Sequence record: SRR2962707_3586
Direction: 5' to 3' (one strand)
DNA length: 64,000 nucleotides
Position numbers and translations under genes: made by a program. The notes below the pieces were generated by a model. It was not told where the DNA came from. It worked only from the letters and a program-made list of their open reading frames with translations, and ran no database searches. Every line of letters starts with the position of its first letter. Within the stretch, counting starts at the first letter, position 1. Shown in pieces: positions 10,784 to 23,686 of the stretch.

Positions 10784-12726
10784 GCTATAAGTATTGCAAC
10801 AGTCTGACTTCTTATTCCAGGAGAAAAACAAGGGAGGTTTTTATAGGTGATGTGCCATTGGGTGGTAACAATCCTATTCGCGTTCAATCCATGACTACTG
10901 TAGACACCATGGACACCATAGGCTCAGTAGAGCAGGTATTGCGCATGGTTGAATCCGGATGTGAATATGTCAGGATTACTGCTCCAAGCATCAAGGAGGC
11001 TCAAAATCTGGAGAATATCAAAAATGAATTGCGTAAACGTGGATGTCACGTTCCATTGGTTGCAGATATTCATTTCACTCCGAATGCAGCGGAACTTGCA
11101 GCCACAATTGTAGAAAAGGTTCGTGTGAATCCTGGCAACTATGCAGATAAGAAGAAATTTGAACAGATTGAATACACCGATCAAGCTTATGCAGATGAGC
11201 TTAAACGAATAGAAGATAAGTTTTCTCCGCTAGTAGAGATTTGTAAGTCGAATAGAACTGCTATGCGAATTGGGACAAACCATGGCTCATTGTCAGATCG
11301 AATCATGAGTAGATATGGCGACACGCCATTGGGGATGGTGGAATCCGCATTGGAATTTATCAGAATCTGCGAATCGATGGATTACAAAGATTTGGTGGTG
11401 TCCATGAAAAGTAGCAACCCTCAGGTGATGGTTCAGGCATATCGATTATTGGTTCAAAAGTTGGATGAGGAAGGGCTGGAACCTTACCCGCTACATCTGG
11501 GTGTTACCGAAGCAGGTGAGGCCGAGGATGGACGAATCAAATCAGCAGTCGGAATAGGTACTTTGTTAGAAGATGGGCTGGGAGATACGGTAAGGGTTTC
11601 GTTGACTGAAGCACCAGAGGTAGAAGCACCGGTTGCCAAAATCATGGTTGACCGGTTGATTCATAAGAAAGATCAAAAGCTCATTACTCCCATTGATAAT
11701 TATCCGATTAATCCATTCGAGTATCATAGGAGATCAACCAGAGAAGTCTTCAATTTTGGAAACGATAATGTTCCAAGAGTCATAGCCGATTTTTCACTTT
11801 TAGAAAAAATCGATATGAAAGACTTGAAGTCTATTGGCCATTCATACTTACCAGAGCTCGACAAGTGGGGGATGAATGATCTGGGTGCTGACTTCATTTA
11901 TAGTGGTTCCAGACCAATTAATTTTATGTTGCCGAATGGCTTGAAAGAAGTTGTAGACTATGAAGTTTGGAAAGAAAGCACTGATAGAATAAATAAATTT
12001 CCATATATCACTGATATAAAGGAAGTTAATGAAATTCATGATAAGCTAAACTTTATTGAAGTTAACTCTGATTCTTATGACCAAACAATATTTGGTTTTC
12101 TGCAAAAATCATCCAATACGGTGCTTATTGTACATTCCTATAATGCTCACGCTACTGCAAGTGTTCGGAAGTTTGTTGTAGAGCTGATTGACAGAAATAT
12201 TGAGATTCCGGTTGTTTTGAAGTCTTCCTATGAGACACTTTCAGAGGACGAACTGATGATCTATTCATCCACAGATTCCGGCACTCTATTGGTTGATGGA
12301 TTAGGAGATGGTATCATGCTCGCACCACAATCAGCACCAACTATTGATGAGCTAAAGCTTTTTAATAATACTGCATTTGGGATCTTGCAGGCCGCAAGAA
12401 CGAGGATTACAAAAACAGAGTACATATCATGTCCTTCCTGTGGTAGAACCTTGTTTGATCTTCAGGAAACAACAGCAATGATTCGAAAGCGAACGGATCA
12501 TTTGAAAGGTGTGAAGATTGGAATTATGGGTTGTATCGTAAACGGGCCCGGTGAAATGGCCGATGCTGATTTTGGATATGTAGGGTCAGGCAAAGGTAAG
12601 ATTACACTTTACAAAGGCCAGGAGGTCGTGAAACGAGGAGTGCCTTCAGAACATGCCCTTGATGAATTAATCGAACTCATCAAGGAGCATGGGAAATGGG
12701 TAGAACCTGAACCTGCTGAGGTTTAG
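10780..12726 (+). CDS. ispG: (E)-4-hydroxy-3-methylbut-2-enyl-diphosphate synthase, long form with insert domain
   Basis: PIRVQSMT, PLVADIHF, RVNPGN, RIGTNHGSLS, HLGVTEAG, SCPSCGRT, MGCIVNGPGEM. Confidence 0.97.
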   Translation: MSYKYCNSLTSYSRRKTREVFIGDVPLGGNNPIRVQSMTTVDTMDTIGSVEQVLRMVESGCEYVRITAPSIKEAQNLENIKNELRKRGCHVPLVADIHFTPNAAELAATIVEKVRVNPGNYADKKKFEQIEYTDQAYADELKRIEDKFSPLVEICKSNRTAMRIGTNHGSLSDRIMSRYGDTPLGMVESALEFIRICESMDYKDLVVSMKSSNPQVMVQAYRLLVQKLDEEGLEPYPLHLGVTEAGEAEDGRIKSAVGIGTLLEDGLGDTVRVSLTEAPEVEAPVAKIMVDRLIHKKDQKLITPIDNYPINPFEYHRRSTREVFNFGNDNVPRVIADFSLLEKIDMKDLKSIGHSYLPELDKWGMNDLGADFIYSGSRPINFMLPNGLKEVVDYEVWKESTDRINKFPYITDIKEVNEIHDKLNFIEVNSDSYDQTIFGFLQKSSNTVLIVHSYNAHATASVRKFVVELIDRNIEIPVVLKSSYETLSEDELMIYSSTDSGTLLVDGLGDGIMLAPQSAPTIDELKLFNNTAFGILQAARTRITKTEYISCPSCGRTLFDLQETTAMIRKRTDHLKGVKIGIMGCIVNGPGEMADADFGYVGSGKGKITLYKGQEVVKRGVPSEHALDELIELIKEHGKWVEPEPAEV

Positions 12727-12733
12727 CAGGAAT

Positions 12734-13219
12734 TTAAAATTCTTTTATTCCTGTAGAAAGTTGTTTGATAAGATTTGAGTTGTTTTTAAAAAACTTTTGA
12801 TCTGCTTCAACTACCACCAAATAGTTTTTATTTGTTTTTTCACTGTGTAGTGCAGTCAAAAGAGCTTTTCTCTTCTTATTCCGTACCAGGAAACTAAATG
12901 CTTTAAAATTGCTTTCGTAAGCCATAGGGAATTCTTCATCCTCGAAAGAATATTCCATCTCCTTGGCGACATTTTGAAGAATTAGCTTGAGATCCTCATT
13001 ATTTACTTCATTTGTGAATTGCCCCATCTCTTTTATTTCAAGAGATGCCTGTGACTCTTCATGCTCGTAAATAATATGATTTTCTGTTTTAACTTTCTCA
13101 TTAAAAGAATGCGGAACAGCAAAAAAAGTGCTCTCTTTCCACTTTTTGTTGTAAACTGATTGAGCGCTAAGCTCCATTGAAAATAGGATAGACGTGAGTA
13201 TGATTACGATCTGTCTCAT
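12734..13219 (-). CDS. Hypothetical exported protein
   Basis: 161 aa ORF with signal peptide ending ..LSAQ. Confidence 0.65.
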   Translation of the reverse strand: MRQIVIILTSILFSMELSAQSVYNKKWKESTFFAVPHSFNEKVKTENHIIYEHEESQASLEIKEMGQFTNEVNNEDLKLILQNVAKEMEYSFEDEEFPMAYESNFKAFSFLVRNKKRKALLTALHSEKTNKNYLVVVEADQKFFKNNSNLIKQLSTGIKEF

Positions 13220-13479
13220 AGTTAAAAAGTTGTGTAGCTGGTTTTATCACTACGTTTTAAACAAATAATACCCTACCCCTATAGATTATAATTATCTATA
13301 AAGGTTTAATCTGTAATCAGTGGTAGTGATTATTTCAGGTAAAGACACTTACCTGATTGTGCTAGTAACGTATATCTATTGAACAATAGTATCAGTGATG
13401 ATAGTATTTTAAGATATACGTTGCAAAATTAGAATAGAATTTGTTCTCAATTAACGATTCAGGAAAAAATGAATCAAAT

Positions 13480-13510
13480 AAAAAGCCATCCGGAAATCCC
13501 GAATGGCTTT
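13480..13510 (-). terminator. Rho-independent terminator of the lipoprotein gene
   Basis: aaagccat..atggcttt stem with A-run on the left (U-tract on minus strand). Confidence 0.7.
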
Positions 13511-13538
13511 GAAAACCAAATAACATATGATATTACAA

Positions 13539-14132
13539 CTAATTGATGTTGATTGTGAATGGTAGATTCACATCAGTTTCACCATCATTAGAAGTTGAGG
13601 TTGCTGTTTTTATCCCCGGCTGGTGCTTTAGCACAACTCTGAAATTACCCCCAGTTGAGGAAACATCTGAAGTAGTCCAAGTAGTAGAGAGCCCAACCGG
13701 ATTTCCATTATCATCTTGATCATTGTAATTCACCTCATCCGCGCGATTGTCAATGTTGCCATTGCCGGAAGGATCACTGAAGATATCTGTAGTGAAGGAG
13801 AAGAAAAACATGTGTTCATCATCTTCTTCTTCGATCTCTTCTGTGATATCCTCACCTTCCTCAGTATTCTCAAGCTCAAGTGTAAGTGTGTAGGTAGTGT
13901 TTGTTACCAGATTAATAACATCAAGCTCAAAATCTGCAGCTCCTTCTCCGTCAGGATCGATAGCTTCAGCAATGATGGCTGTTCCACCACCCTGAGGTGT
14001 AAATGTCAAGGTTATTAAATCAATCACCTCTTCTTCATTTTCAGCTGCAGGAGCATCATCATCACCACAACTAGTGATCATAATAGTTGAGAGTAGTAGT
14101 CCAATTAATAGGTTTTTTTTGAATTTGATCAT
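13539..14132 (-). CDS. Acidic lipoprotein, probable metal-uptake partner of the TonB receptor
   Basis: Lipobox ITSC followed by GDDD; EEEDDEH and LKHQP motifs; downstream of TBDR and Fur-family genes. Confidence 0.8.
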   Translation of the reverse strand: MIKFKKNLLIGLLLSTIMITSCGDDDAPAAENEEEVIDLITLTFTPQGGGTAIIAEAIDPDGEGAADFELDVINLVTNTTYTLTLELENTEEGEDITEEIEEEDDEHMFFFSFTTDIFSDPSGNGNIDNRADEVNYNDQDDNGNPVGLSTTWTTSDVSSTGGNFRVVLKHQPGIKTATSTSNDGETDVNLPFTININ

Positions 14133-14146
14133 TTGAATTTCATTTA

Positions 14147-14161
14147 TGCAATACTATTGCA
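14147..14161. promoter_or_regulatory. Putative Zur/Fur-family operator
   Basis: TGCAA-TACTA-TTGCA palindrome, 15 nt upstream of lipoprotein start. Confidence 0.75.
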
Positions 14162-14182
14162 AGTATAAGCATTATTCTCTTA

Positions 14183-14197
14183 TGCAACAATGTTGTA
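14183..14197. promoter_or_regulatory. Second putative Zur/Fur-family operator
   Basis: TGCAA-CAATG-TTGTA, one mismatch to the palindrome. Confidence 0.65.
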
Positions 14198-14201
14198 TTA
14201 G

Positions 14202-16574
14202 TTAAAATTCATATTTGATGAATATTCGAAGATTGAGACCTGTATCATCAGCAAAGTACCTTAGTTGATCCGTATACCTCCTGTAGGAGTGATTTAGGAG
14301 GTTTTCAGCACTGATTTTTAAAGAGAATGCCTCTAATTCCGCTCCAATTGAAGCATTGAGTAGGAAAAAGGAATCTGGAGCCGATAAAAAATCAAAGGTT
14401 CCAGAGCGATCGAATACAACAGATTCATTTTCAACAAAGAGGACAGGATCAATAACATCCGGTTGATTTGTTTGCATGGCAGTCCAGCCTGGAGAGAGTT
14501 TAAAGTCGAAAATCCCAATTGACCTTTCTATGTCAAGCATAAAATTGAGCGGCGGAATTCCAATGAAATACTGATCATTTTTAATGTCTCTGGCATAGAC
14601 GTAGGAGGTCTTCAGCGTGGTAGTTGTATTTTGATTCCAGACTTTTTGTAAGTCAAGGTCCATACCAATATAGAGCGCGTTGGTTTGATCATGAATGAAA
14701 TAGGGGAAGGTACCCCTCACTGTATTGGTAAGTCCGTATGGTCTGATGAAGAAATAGTTTTGAATCCAATTGACATAGGGAGTAATCTCTGCGCTGAGAC
14801 CATTTCTATTCATTGTCAGGCTGGTAATCCATTTAAGTCCACGTTCGCTATCAACCGTCTTGTCTGCACTCGATAAAACACGTGATGTAGCAATGCTGTC
14901 AATGACCGGGAATAGTTCATATCTCCAAAGTCCATATTCCACAATGTTTTGATGTTTACCGAAACTATAAAGCTCACTAATATTAGGAGCTCTCCAGGCA
15001 GTACCAATATTGGATCTTATTGTTACTGACTCGCTAAACTCATGGATAGCGCCAAGAGTGAACGTTACGTTCTGATAATTTATATCATCACGATAGATGT
15101 CATTGCTAGAATCTCTACCTCGAATATTCATATTGAGATAATCAAAACGTACCCCGGCTTCAAAAGTGGTTTGATCTAAAGCGTATGATTCTATACCAAA
15201 CAAGCCGATATTGGTGTTGTTGTAATTAGGAACGAATGGGATTGTATTTGTTCCGGGAATGTTGTTGTTGTCCTGTGCAAAAAGTTGCAATCCCAAAGTG
15301 CCAGTCCACTTTCCCTCACTAGGATGGTCCCAGTCCAGGTCCAAAGTATGGGTATTCAGCTGCAGATTTATTGCGGGTACATCGTTGTTGGTACCTCTTC
15401 GAATGTCGAATTCCTTCCGCTTGTTTCGCTGAAAAGCATACTGAATATCAAATTGTTGCTCACCAATAAATATTGAGCTTTTCAGTTTGAATAAATCATG
15501 AACCGTTTCCTGACGAGGAGTTCTTATGTCAAACGAAAATCCACGTGTATCATTGGGTTCATCAGCTCCAATGGCATTGGCCAGATCTTGGAGATTTCCA
15601 TTCACCGACCCTCGCAAAATTCCAAGTTCTTGTTGGAAATGGTTGGCATAGATGTCCAGGTCGATCCAGGAAAAGTGAATCTTGCCTGCCGTTGAAAACC
15701 CAATTTCCTTTTTTCCAGTGTTGGTTAGAAAGTAGTCAGGTGCTTTCAAATCTCCTTGCCTGGAGGCATTCATACTCACCAACCAGGCACTTCGTTCATA
15801 CCCTTTTCCCAATGAAAAAGCTCCTCCATAGGCTCTTCCGTTCGTTTGATATCCCGTTTCTATACTGCCTGCTAGTTTCGAATGATAGACAGGTTGCGGC
15901 GCTTCAATAAGGACCACACCACCTAGTGCATCGGATCCATATCTTACCGTTGATGCACCTTTGATCAGTTGAATACTGTTGATCTGTGACGGATCCAACT
16001 CTGGCGCATGCTCACTTCCCCATGCCTGATAAGAGTGTCGTACTCCATTATTGATAATTAACACCCTGTTTGAATGAAGTCCGTGAACAATCGGCTTAAC
16101 TACATTTTGACCAGTTCTAAGCGTCGATACTCCTGAACTTTGCTCAAGCAATTCTCCAGCAGATGAACCAAAGCCTTCTGATGACTCAATATCAATGGTT
16201 ATGGCTTGCAGTGTTTTAAGCTCATGTGCATTCATTTCAGCTTCTACGACAACACTTTCCAAAAAACCTTCTTCTGGTGCCAGGTAGATAACAGGGTTGG
16301 GGTGATGAAAGTCGTGGTGATGAATAAGCGGTTTGTATCCTAAAAAGCGAATTTCAAGATCAACTTCTTCTTCACAGATATTAGAAAGAGTGAAATGGCC
16401 ATTTGCGTCTGCAACCGATCCTTTTTCTGTACCTACAATTTTGATAGTTGCAAATGGGAGCGGTTCATTTGCATCAAGAGATAGTATCTTACCTGTGATG
16501 CTCTGACAAGGATCTGTTTGAGCATAACCGGATAAAGATAGGATCAGGAGTAGGAGGCCGGAAGCAATTTTCAT
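14202..16574 (-). CDS. TonB-dependent receptor, likely Zn/metal uptake
   Basis: CarboxypepD-like N-domain, HHHDFHH, plug motif IKGASTVRYGSDALGGVV, ENLLN..Y, terminal YEF. Confidence 0.9.
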   Translation of the reverse strand: MKIASGLLLLILSLSGYAQTDPCQSITGKILSLDANEPLPFATIKIVGTEKGSVADANGHFTLSNICEEEVDLEIRFLGYKPLIHHHDFHHPNPVIYLAPEEGFLESVVVEAEMNAHELKTLQAITIDIESSEGFGSSAGELLEQSSGVSTLRTGQNVVKPIVHGLHSNRVLIINNGVRHSYQAWGSEHAPELDPSQINSIQLIKGASTVRYGSDALGGVVLIEAPQPVYHSKLAGSIETGYQTNGRAYGGAFSLGKGYERSAWLVSMNASRQGDLKAPDYFLTNTGKKEIGFSTAGKIHFSWIDLDIYANHFQQELGILRGSVNGNLQDLANAIGADEPNDTRGFSFDIRTPRQETVHDLFKLKSSIFIGEQQFDIQYAFQRNKRKEFDIRRGTNNDVPAINLQLNTHTLDLDWDHPSEGKWTGTLGLQLFAQDNNNIPGTNTIPFVPNYNNTNIGLFGIESYALDQTTFEAGVRFDYLNMNIRGRDSSNDIYRDDINYQNVTFTLGAIHEFSESVTIRSNIGTAWRAPNISELYSFGKHQNIVEYGLWRYELFPVIDSIATSRVLSSADKTVDSERGLKWITSLTMNRNGLSAEITPYVNWIQNYFFIRPYGLTNTVRGTFPYFIHDQTNALYIGMDLDLQKVWNQNTTTTLKTSYVYARDIKNDQYFIGIPPLNFMLDIERSIGIFDFKLSPGWTAMQTNQPDVIDPVLFVENESVVFDRSGTFDFLSAPDSFFLLNASIGAELEAFSLKISAENLLNHSYRRYTDQLRYFADDTGLNLRIFIKYEF

Positions 16575-16991
16575 CTAACCACAGTTAACACAAACCCCAT
16601 CTACTATCATATTTATTCCTTCGATCTTATAGCCACTAGGGACTGTCACCTGAGGAACTTCTTTTTCTTCGAGACATTCGATTTGGCCGCAATTATTGCA
16701 CTTGAAGTGGATGTGATTATGATGATGGTGGTCCGGTGAACAGGTATCATGACAAAGACCATATGTTGCATTTCCGTCTTCATTGGGGATTTTATGAAGA
16801 ATGCCCGAATCAAGGAAACTGTGCAGGGTGCGGTATAATGTTACCCTATCGTAGTTCTTGAATTGGTGTTCAAGATCACCTTGAGATAGTGCACTTTTTT
16901 CGCTTATAAAAAACTGAAGGACGTCCAACCTGCAATTGGTGATCCTTAGGTTGTGCTCTTTTAAGATGCTTACAAATTGTTCTTTTGACAT
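16575..16991 (-). CDS. Fur-family transcriptional repressor (Zur-like)
   Basis: LRIT..R, DRVTLYRTL, HHHHNHIHFKCNNCG, CVNC; ATG at 16991 follows a TATATTTG element (ORF track starts at TTG 17015). Confidence 0.9.
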   Translation of the reverse strand: MSKEQFVSILKEHNLRITNCRLDVLQFFISEKSALSQGDLEHQFKNYDRVTLYRTLHSFLDSGILHKIPNEDGNATYGLCHDTCSPDHHHHNHIHFKCNNCGQIECLEEKEVPQVTVPSGYKIEGINMIVDGVCVNCG

Positions 16992-16997
16992 GCTATA

Positions 16998-17025
16998 CAA
17001 ATATACTATATGCAACTTAATTGCA
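16998..17025 (-). promoter_or_regulatory. -7 promoter element (16998-17005) plus operator TGCAA-CTTAA-TTGCA (17011-17025)
   Basis: Reverse-strand TATATTTG matches Bacteroidota TAnnTTTG; perfect palindrome just upstream. Confidence 0.75.
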
Positions 17026-17063
17026 TTTTATTTCATGAACACTTTAAATAGATTTGTGGTTCT

Positions 17064-17273
17064 ATGACCATGGAAAATAAGGAGCAGCAAAAAGAAGAGA
17101 AGGTGAACTATTTTGATTTTACTGAGGTACTTACCTATTTCTTCAGAAAGAAGGATCCAAATAGGCCCAAGAGCTTTAATCTTATGGCCATGCACACCAT
17201 CAATAAGATCTCCATTCTGATATTTTTGGGTGCTGTAATTGTGATGATTGTTAGAGCTATCTCAAGAGCGTAA
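17064..17273 (+). CDS. Small single-TM hypothetical protein (DUF6728-like)
   Basis: YFFRKKDPNRP..FNL..MH.INKISI pattern; TAGATTTG at 17049-17056. Confidence 0.75.
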   Translation: MTMENKEQQKEEKVNYFDFTEVLTYFFRKKDPNRPKSFNLMAMHTINKISILIFLGAVIVMIVRAISRA

Positions 17274-17282
17274 TTTCATTTT

Positions 17283-18008
17283 ATGAAAAAGATATTTAGC
17301 CTGCTATTGCTAGGAATTTCGACTTGGCTTTCAGCGCAGGAAACCATAAATACGGATAGACCAACACAATCTGCTTCAGCGATAGTAATGCCAAAAGGTG
17401 CATTTCAATTGGAATATGGGTTTATCTCTGAAAGTGCAAGTGACGATCTGACCAATCTCACATTTGGCAATTTTCATTTTAGGTATGGTTTGTTGGACGG
17501 CATTGAGTTACGGGTCACTCAAAATTATCAAGGTCAAAAATCTGGCAATGAAACGGTAAAGGGATTAAGTCCGATAACAATCGGTACTAAAGTTCATCTT
17601 ATCGAAGAAAAGGGAGCAATTCCTCAATTGAGTATGATTGGCCAGGTCACCCTTTCAACAGGAGCAAAACAATTTCAACCGGAAAATCCGTACACGGAAT
17701 TCCGATTCAATTTTCAGAATACCCTTTCTGATAAACTCTCTCTTGGTTATAATGTTGGTGCGGGTTTTCCGAAAGATCAATCCTATTTCTTATACAGCGT
17801 GGTTCTTGGATATGCTATTGCTGATGGTTGGACTGTTTTCGCTGAGCCATATGGTTATCTTCCTGATGGAGATGCAGATCATCGGTTCAATGCAGGTTTG
17901 ATCTATCTGGCCAAAAGCAACCTTCAATTTGATGTGGCAGGAGGGGTCGGACTATCTGAAGTTTCCCCAGACGCCTATATTGGATTTGGCGCTTCCTTTT
18001 TGTTTTAA
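17283..18008 (+). CDS. Outer-membrane beta-barrel 'transporter' (MetA-pathway/phenol-degradation-like family)
   Basis: Signal peptide, INTDRP, FQLEYG, RYGL..IELR, NLQFD, terminal Phe. Confidence 0.8.
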   Translation: MKKIFSLLLLGISTWLSAQETINTDRPTQSASAIVMPKGAFQLEYGFISESASDDLTNLTFGNFHFRYGLLDGIELRVTQNYQGQKSGNETVKGLSPITIGTKVHLIEEKGAIPQLSMIGQVTLSTGAKQFQPENPYTEFRFNFQNTLSDKLSLGYNVGAGFPKDQSYFLYSVVLGYAIADGWTVFAEPYGYLPDGDADHRFNAGLIYLAKSNLQFDVAGGVGLSEVSPDAYIGFGASFLF

Positions 18009-18867
18009 ATCAGCGACTTCCATTCTTCGACCAATTCGTCGCTTGCCTCATAGAGAGGTGGCTTTACGATCCTTGATCCGATACCGAAAGCTTCTAATCC
18101 TCCTTTAATGGATGATGGATTTCCTTCTTTAACCGATAGCGCATATGCTGGTTTAAGTTCTTGATCTAGAGATTCTGCTTCAGTAAGCTTACCCTGCAAC
18201 GCCATGTTGGTCATTTGACTAAAGCTTGAGGGAAGGAGGTTAGCTACTACGCTGATAACTCCATCAGCCCCTAACTTAATTAAGTTCAAAGTATGGCTGT
18301 CGTCACCGGAGAGGAGTGTGAAATCCTCTGGACGCTCATTTGCAATTTGTCTGCATTGCTCCATGTCACCGGATGCTTCCTTCATTCCTATGATATTTGG
18401 ATGGCTGGCCAGGTTGAGCGTTGTTTCTGCCCTCATATTGGAAGATGTCCTGGCCGGCACATTATAGAGAATAATTGGGTGAGGAAATGCATTCGCTAGC
18501 ATTTCATAATGACGAATGATTCCTTTTTGTGAAGGTTTGTTGTAGTAGGGACTCGCAGAAAGGATGGCGTCAATACCATAATCCTTCAGGTCTTTTGATT
18601 TTTCGATCAGATCAAATGTATTGTTGCCACCTAATCCAAAAACAACAGGAATTCGGCCATTGTTCTTGGCCAGAATGAAATCAAGTATCTGAAGTTTTTC
18701 ACGCCATGAGAATACGGGAGATTCACCCGTAGTTCCTTGCACCACCAAATAATCTACTCCACCATTGATGACATGATTCACCAATTCTTCTAGTGATGGA
18801 AAGTCTATGGAATAATCATCGTTTAGGGGAGTAGCCAGTGCTACGCCAGTGCCTCCAAGTGGTCTCA

Positions 18868-18868
<1 letters not shown>
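18005..18868 (-). CDS. dapA: 4-hydroxy-tetrahydrodipicolinate synthase
   Basis: GTTGES, SPYYNKP, LYNVPART, IGMKEASG, LSGDD. Confidence 0.95.
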
Positions 18869-21412
<2,544 letters not shown>

Positions 21413-21482
21413 TCAACTAGATTATGAATCCTTTCTTCGCACAAGCGTTCGATCCTCTTGATTGAATACCTATTTTTGTGGC

Positions 21483-22934
21483 ATGTCACGAAATTTCTCA
21501 GAAGAGCTTTCAAAACTTCCCATTTTTGAAACAGTTAAAGCTGCTGCAAAAAAGTTGGGATTGCCCAGCTATGCCGTAGGCGGATATGTTCGTGACCTGA
21601 CACTGAAACGTCCTTCAAAAGATATTGATTTCGTGTGCGTTGGGAGTGGTATTCAATTGGCTTCTGAGGTAGCTTCCATGTTAGGGAAAGATGCGAAGTT
21701 GTCTGTTTTTAAGAATTTCGGCACTGCTGCTATCCATTTTAATGGATATGAATATGAATTTGTTGGTGCCAGAAAAGAGTCTTATCGTGAAGATTCCCGA
21801 AAGCCTTTAGTTGAAGATGGCTCTTTGGAGGACGATCAAAACAGGAGGGACTTCACCATTAATGCATTGGCAATCAGCCTTAATGAGGATGATTTTGGAT
21901 CATTGGTTGATCCTTTCGATGGCATGGAAGACATGCGCAATATGTTGATCCGGACTCCTTTGGAACCTGGAATCACATTTTCAGATGATCCATTGCGGAT
22001 GATGCGAGCGATTCGCTTTGCTACTCAGCTACATTTTGATATTGAGCCGGATACGTTCCAAGGAATCATCGATCATGTGGATCGCATTTCCATTGTCTCT
22101 CAGGAACGTATTTCGGATGAATTGAATAAGATCATCCTGGCAGATAAACCATCGTATGGATTCCAGCTGCTATTTCACAGCGGATTGTTAATGAAGATAT
22201 TCCCCGAGATGGCCAATCTTCAAGGCGTTGAAACCATAGATGGGAAGGGTCATAAGGATAATTTCTATCATACGATCCAGGTGCTGGACAATATCTGTGA
22301 GATGACGGATGATCTTTGGCTTAGATGGGCTGCCATTATGCATGACATAGCCAAGCCGGCGACTCAGCGATTCAATCAAAAGGTCGGTTGGACCTTTCAT
22401 GGACATGAAGACCTGGGGGCTAAATGGGTACCAAAGATTTTCAAGCGGATGAAGCTCCCGATGGATGAACGCATGAGGTATGTTCAGAAGCTTGTTCGAC
22501 TTCACTTGAGACCAATTGCTTTAGTAAATGATCGTGTGACAGACTCTGCGGTAAGAAGAATGGTGTTTGAAGCTGGAGAAGATGTGGGTGATCTTATGAC
22601 ACTTTGTAAAGCAGATGTCACTTCCAAAAACCCGGAAAGAGTCAAGAAGTACAAGGGAAACTTCAAGAAGGTCGAACAAAAGATTAGGGAGGTAGAGGAG
22701 CGTGATCGTGTGATGAATTTTAATCCACCCCTATCAGGGGAGCGAATTATCGAAGTGTTTCAGATTGAACCGTCGAAGGTAGTAGGTGATATAAAGTCTG
22801 AGATAAAAGAAGCCATCCTCGATGGAAAAATTAAGAATGATGAAAATGAGGCATTCAATTTGATGTTGGAGATTGGTAAAAAATATGGACTAGTCACGAA
22901 TGACAAATTCATTTCTACCAACAAAGACAAATAA
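21483..22934 (+). CDS. cca: CCA tRNA nucleotidyltransferase with HD domain
   Basis: VGGYVRD, DID, RRDFTINA, DDPLRMMRAIRF, MHDIAKP. Confidence 0.9.
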   Translation: MSRNFSEELSKLPIFETVKAAAKKLGLPSYAVGGYVRDLTLKRPSKDIDFVCVGSGIQLASEVASMLGKDAKLSVFKNFGTAAIHFNGYEYEFVGARKESYREDSRKPLVEDGSLEDDQNRRDFTINALAISLNEDDFGSLVDPFDGMEDMRNMLIRTPLEPGITFSDDPLRMMRAIRFATQLHFDIEPDTFQGIIDHVDRISIVSQERISDELNKIILADKPSYGFQLLFHSGLLMKIFPEMANLQGVETIDGKGHKDNFYHTIQVLDNICEMTDDLWLRWAAIMHDIAKPATQRFNQKVGWTFHGHEDLGAKWVPKIFKRMKLPMDERMRYVQKLVRLHLRPIALVNDRVTDSAVRRMVFEAGEDVGDLMTLCKADVTSKNPERVKKYKGNFKKVEQKIREVEERDRVMNFNPPLSGERIIEVFQIEPSKVVGDIKSEIKEAILDGKIKNDENEAFNLMLEIGKKYGLVTNDKFISTNKDK

Positions 22935-22969
22935 CTATGTTTGCACGCTATAAAAATGAACACAGAATA

Positions 22970-23686
22970 ATGAAGAAATTAATTTTAGCTCTGATCGTAT
23001 GTGGTTTTGGATACTCTTCATTTGCGCAGAGTCAGGAAGTTGTACCGGGAGATTCTATTCCATGGGAACTTAGAAAACAGGCTTTTATTTACAATTCAGC
23101 CAAAATGTTCAGCGATCCTATTATTGCTCGAATGGCATTGTACAATCTTCTAGCTGAGAATCCTGGTAATGGTCCACTATATGATTCGCTGGCTTTGTCC
23201 TATTATCAGTATAATCAGAATGCTCCGGCTGCTTTGGTGGCTCAGCAGGCTTTGAAAATCAACCCCAACAACATGTTTGCTGTAGAGATTGCGGCCAATA
23301 GTTTTGATAACCTGGGAGTTAAAGATCGTGCGATCACTTATTTCGAGAAATTGTATTTGAGTAATGGAGATATCAATACCCTTTACAAGATTTCCTTCAT
23401 GCAGTTTGAGAGGCAGAGATATGAGGAGTCCAATACTTCGCTTGATATCATCATCGGTAATCCCGAATCAAAGGAAATTACGATTGGTTTTCCTACAACA
23501 GATGGAAAAGGACAGCAAGTGACGTTAGAAGCTGCTGCCTATCGTGTGAAAGCGATGATCGAAGAAGCAAAAGGTAATACTGAAGTGGCCAAGGCTAAGT
23601 ACCTTGAGGTGCTAAGTATGCAACCTGGATTCCAGATAGTTCAGCAACAATTAAGAGAGCTTACAAAGAAAAAGGAGGGGGAATAA
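22970..23686 (+). CDS. Exported TPR-repeat protein
   Basis: MKK signal peptide, TPR-like helices; TATGTTTG at 22936-22943 supports ATG 22970. Confidence 0.75.
   Translation: MKKLILALIVCGFGYSSFAQSQEVVPGDSIPWELRKQAFIYNSAKMFSDPIIARMALYNLLAENPGNGPLYDSLALSYYQYNQNAPAALVAQQALKINPNNMFAVEIAANSFDNLGVKDRAITYFEKLYLSNGDINTLYKISFMQFERQRYEESNTSLDIIIGNPESKEITIGFPTTDGKGQQVTLEAAAYRVKAMIEEAKGNTEVAKAKYLEVLSMQPGFQIVQQQLRELTKKKEGE

Noticed and set aside
11650-12360. AT-rich, divergent insert in ispG as a possible intein or mobile insertion
   Set aside because: Matches the known extra domain of long-form IspG; no intein terminal motifs seen.
13280-13480. AT-rich intergenic gap as a possible ncRNA or pseudogene
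   Set aside because: No ORF, stable structure or repeat I could support.
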